Assembly: GCA_963787835.1 (NCBI GenBank)
Contig: CAWBEI010000005.1
Location: forward strand, 292,313-356,312
Source of the DNA: Ignavibacteriota bacterium
GTDB taxonomy: Bacteria > Bacteroidota > Ignavibacteria > Palsa-1295
Direction: 5' to 3'
Length of the DNA: 64,000 nucleotides
A model generated the notes under the pieces. It made no database searches. It worked only from the letters and a program-made list of their open reading frames with translations, and was not told the DNA's origin. Shown piece after piece: positions 62,023 through 64,000 of this stretch. The position numbers and the translations under genes are program-made. Numbering within the stretch: the stretch's first letter is position 1; each line of letters opens with the position of its first letter.

Positions 62023-62853
62023 TTAGTACGTTTGAAGTGATGGAGCAAGCTCGAAGGGCTGCGTGAATTGTTTGAGCGCATTCTCGACGATGCGCGTGTC
62101 GATGATCTTGGTGCGGTTCTCGCGGCGAAGCCGGACGGAATTACGCACAGCCGCAAATAGATCGTTGGTTGTGGCAAGCTGCGCGAGGCGTTCCAGGCTT
62201 GCTTCATCGAAGTGCATGGCTTCGGATGGGAACCGGTGCGCGATCACTTCGCGGATCTCGGAACGTTCGATCTTGCCGACCATGATCTCCGTCGCATGGC
62301 GATAGAAACTCAGTGGCGCTTTGAGCTTGTGGTAATGGCCGCTGATGAGGAATGCACAGCCGATCCACCGGCGCTCCTTCGTTTCGCGCACGATCACGGT
62401 ATCCCGCTTCTCGTTCAGCGATTTCACGATGCCGAATGCTTTGGCGGGCATCGTTTCGGCATTGTCGATCACAACGCAGATCACGCGCGGACCGCGATCG
62501 AGCGTGGGGTTCGCATAATCTTTCAGAAGCGCACTGAATCGTGCCTGCACATCGAGCGATCCGCGTGGCGCATCGCCGGTGATCTCGCGCAAGATCGCGC
62601 GCTGGAAATACGTCTCATGCACGGCATAATAGCCGGGAATGATAATGTTCACGAATTCGACAGTGGGGTTCTCGGGATGCGCTTTCGTGCGATACCGGCC
62701 CATCGAATCCTGATAGCCAAGGGCTTCCTGCATCTCGAAGGAAATGCGAGTTTTGCCATTGGAACCGCCTTTGAGGAGTACGATCTCGCGCTGCTCCAAT
62801 GCGGACTGCGTGGGGATCATACATTTGATCTGCGATGATGTTAAGCGTGGCAT
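62023..62853 (-). CDS. AAA+ ATPase, MuB/TniB/ExeA-like, degenerate Walker motifs
   Basis: LLKGGSNGKT (Walker A-like), CVVIDNAE (Walker B-like), FLISGH; likely start MPRL at 62853. Confidence 0.7.
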   Translation of the reverse strand: MPRLTSSQIKCMIPTQSALEQREIVLLKGGSNGKTRISFEMQEALGYQDSMGRYRTKAHPENPTVEFVNIIIPGYYAVHETYFQRAILREITGDAPRGSLDVQARFSALLKDYANPTLDRGPRVICVVIDNAETMPAKAFGIVKSLNEKRDTVIVRETKERRWIGCAFLISGHYHKLKAPLSFYRHATEIMVGKIERSEIREVIAHRFPSEAMHFDEASLERLAQLATTNDLFAAVRNSVRLRRENRTKIIDTRIVENALKQFTQPFELAPSLQTY

Positions 62854-62877
62854 GTTGTTTAGGGTCGAGTTTACAGT

Positions 62878-62911
62878 AAAAAAATGGGAACCGCCATTGC
62901 TGACGGTTCCC
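62878..62911 (-). terminator. Intrinsic terminator upstream of the ATPase-transposase genes
   Basis: Minus strand GGGAACCGTCA-GCAA-TGGCGGTTCCC-ATTTTTTT. Confidence 0.75.
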
Positions 62912-62920
62912 GTTGATGAA

Positions 62921-63314
62921 TTAACTACCGGATGATGCGGGTTGAGCCGCACCGGCGTTTTGATCGCTCGAAGGATCGGGCTCGGTTGCATCCGTGGATG
63001 TTGCATCCGTAGATGTCGCAGTTCCTCCCGACACTTCCGGTGTGGAGATCGCTGAGTTCACTGAGGCTGTCTTCCAGCGCCGTTTCTTCTGTGGAGAGAT
63101 CTACACCAGCTGCGTTAGCCGCAGCTTTGTAGGCCTCGAAATCGCTCTTCACCTGGCCGATCGCTGGCTTGAGCTTGGCTAGCGAGGCGTCGAAATCGGA
63201 TTGATTTGTCATGATATGGTCGAGTTTATTGTGAATGGATTGGAACGATGTATCGAGCTTTCTTGCGAACATTCGAAACAGTTCCGTGAAAAATTGTCTA
63301 TCCTTTTTGTCCAT
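62921..63314 (-). CDS. Hypothetical coiled-coil phage protein (probable frameshift near 63040)
   Basis: HNKLDHIMTNQSDFDASLAKL; an alternative frame gives the low-complexity tail ATSTDATSTDATEPDPSS...GS*. Confidence 0.55.
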
Positions 63315-63329
63315 AGATGTGCGAAGCTA

Positions 63330-63987
63330 TCAGGTGATCTGGTGCGATTTTTTGAAGGCTTCGAATTCCTCGCGCGTTTGCTTGTGATGCGCCTTCAGCC
63401 GATCGAGCGCGATCCAATTAATGGATTTGTCGCCAAGCGCGGATCGATCCATGAAATGCTGAATGCCCTCCTGCACTTCGATGAGCGCGTGTTCCATCTT
63501 CGAGATGGTAAGCGCCGTCAGCCCTTCGGGTTTGGTGTCGAGTTCGATCATCCCATGACCTTCCCTTTCTCTGCTTCGACAAAGTCCTGCAACGCCTTTT
63601 TGATCGCGAAGGCAAGCTTCCGATTCCGTTCGGTTCCCGCGAGAACGAGGACATGAAGGCCGTCGCATGCAACCTCAAAGCACGCTGGTGCATCCTCAAA
63701 TGCCGTGTAACTAACTTCCGCCTTCGCTTTCATCCATTCACCTCTTCATCGGCGCGAACTTTGGCGAGTTCTTCCATGCGAGTGAAATCCTTGGCAAGCA
63801 AGCATTCGAGCATCTCCTCGTAGGATTCGATCTCGTTCCGCATCGATTGCGCGATCTCGGTTACAATGGTGTGGAAGTTGGTATCGGGAACCCGGTCGTA
63901 GAGCGCGTAGCTCTCGCCGAAATTACTTGCGATCGTGGCAAGCCGCTTCTTCGATTGGCGCAACTCCTTGAAGGACTGCTGCCACAC
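63330..63987 (-). CDS. Three small overlapping phage genes (63330-63551, 63548-63733, 63730-63987)
   Basis: Consecutive start/stop overlaps; helical predicted products. Confidence 0.55.
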
Positions 63988-64000
63988 ATAAAGGCCGCTC

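Larger units (their letters stand above)
54969..64000 (-). mobile_element. Mu-like transposable prophage (one end; continues beyond window)
   Basis: DDE transposase, AAA ATPase, Gam, MuF-like gene and many small co-oriented ORFs; candidate TG terminus with repeated sites. Confidence 0.85.

Noticed and set aside
60091-62853. Tn7-like/CAST transposon
   Set aside because: No TniQ/TnsD or Cas genes visible; gam and MuF indicate a transposable phage.
62921-63060. Programmed frameshift in a phage gene
   Set aside because: No slippery heptamer seen; more likely another indel error.

Overview
Bacterial chromosomal window, most likely from the Bacteroidota-Chlorobi-Ignavibacteria (FCB) group. This is inferred from T9SS-type C-terminal domains, a GWxTD-type protein and a PD40/OmpA protein; no taxonomic search was run. 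Positions 1-2113 are a small AT-rich defence-like island: the tail of an IS200/IS605-type Y1 transposase plus a large palindrome, the C-terminal Mrr-like part of a DNA methylase/nuclease gene, a prohead-protease-like gene and a HEPN-motif gene. A ~335-nt strongly base-paired non-coding region precedes a small helical protein (2964-3698). Positions ~4-55 kb are mostly housekeeping: purA, ABC-F, a C-terminal half of clpB, a cobalamin riboswitch with a btuB-like operon, carA, FKBP, rsgA, apbC/nifU/clpS, alaS, dacB, pepA, UDG, lat and pccB. This stretch carries several palindromic repeat families (two copies sit in-frame inside proteins), a DUF559 cassette and an orphan three-gene toxin/ankyrin-like cassette. 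From ~54969 to the window end lies one end of a Mu-like transposable prophage with a candidate TG terminus, a MuF-like gene, Gam, a DDE transposase and an AAA ATPase in unusual order. Best candidates for undescribed biology: the protease+HEPN operon, the structured RNA + small protein locus, the rearranged transposable phage, the split ClpB and the poly-G toxin/ankyrin cassette. Several small frameshifts (alaS, histidine kinase) look like sequencing errors. All protein calls come from motif recognition by eye.
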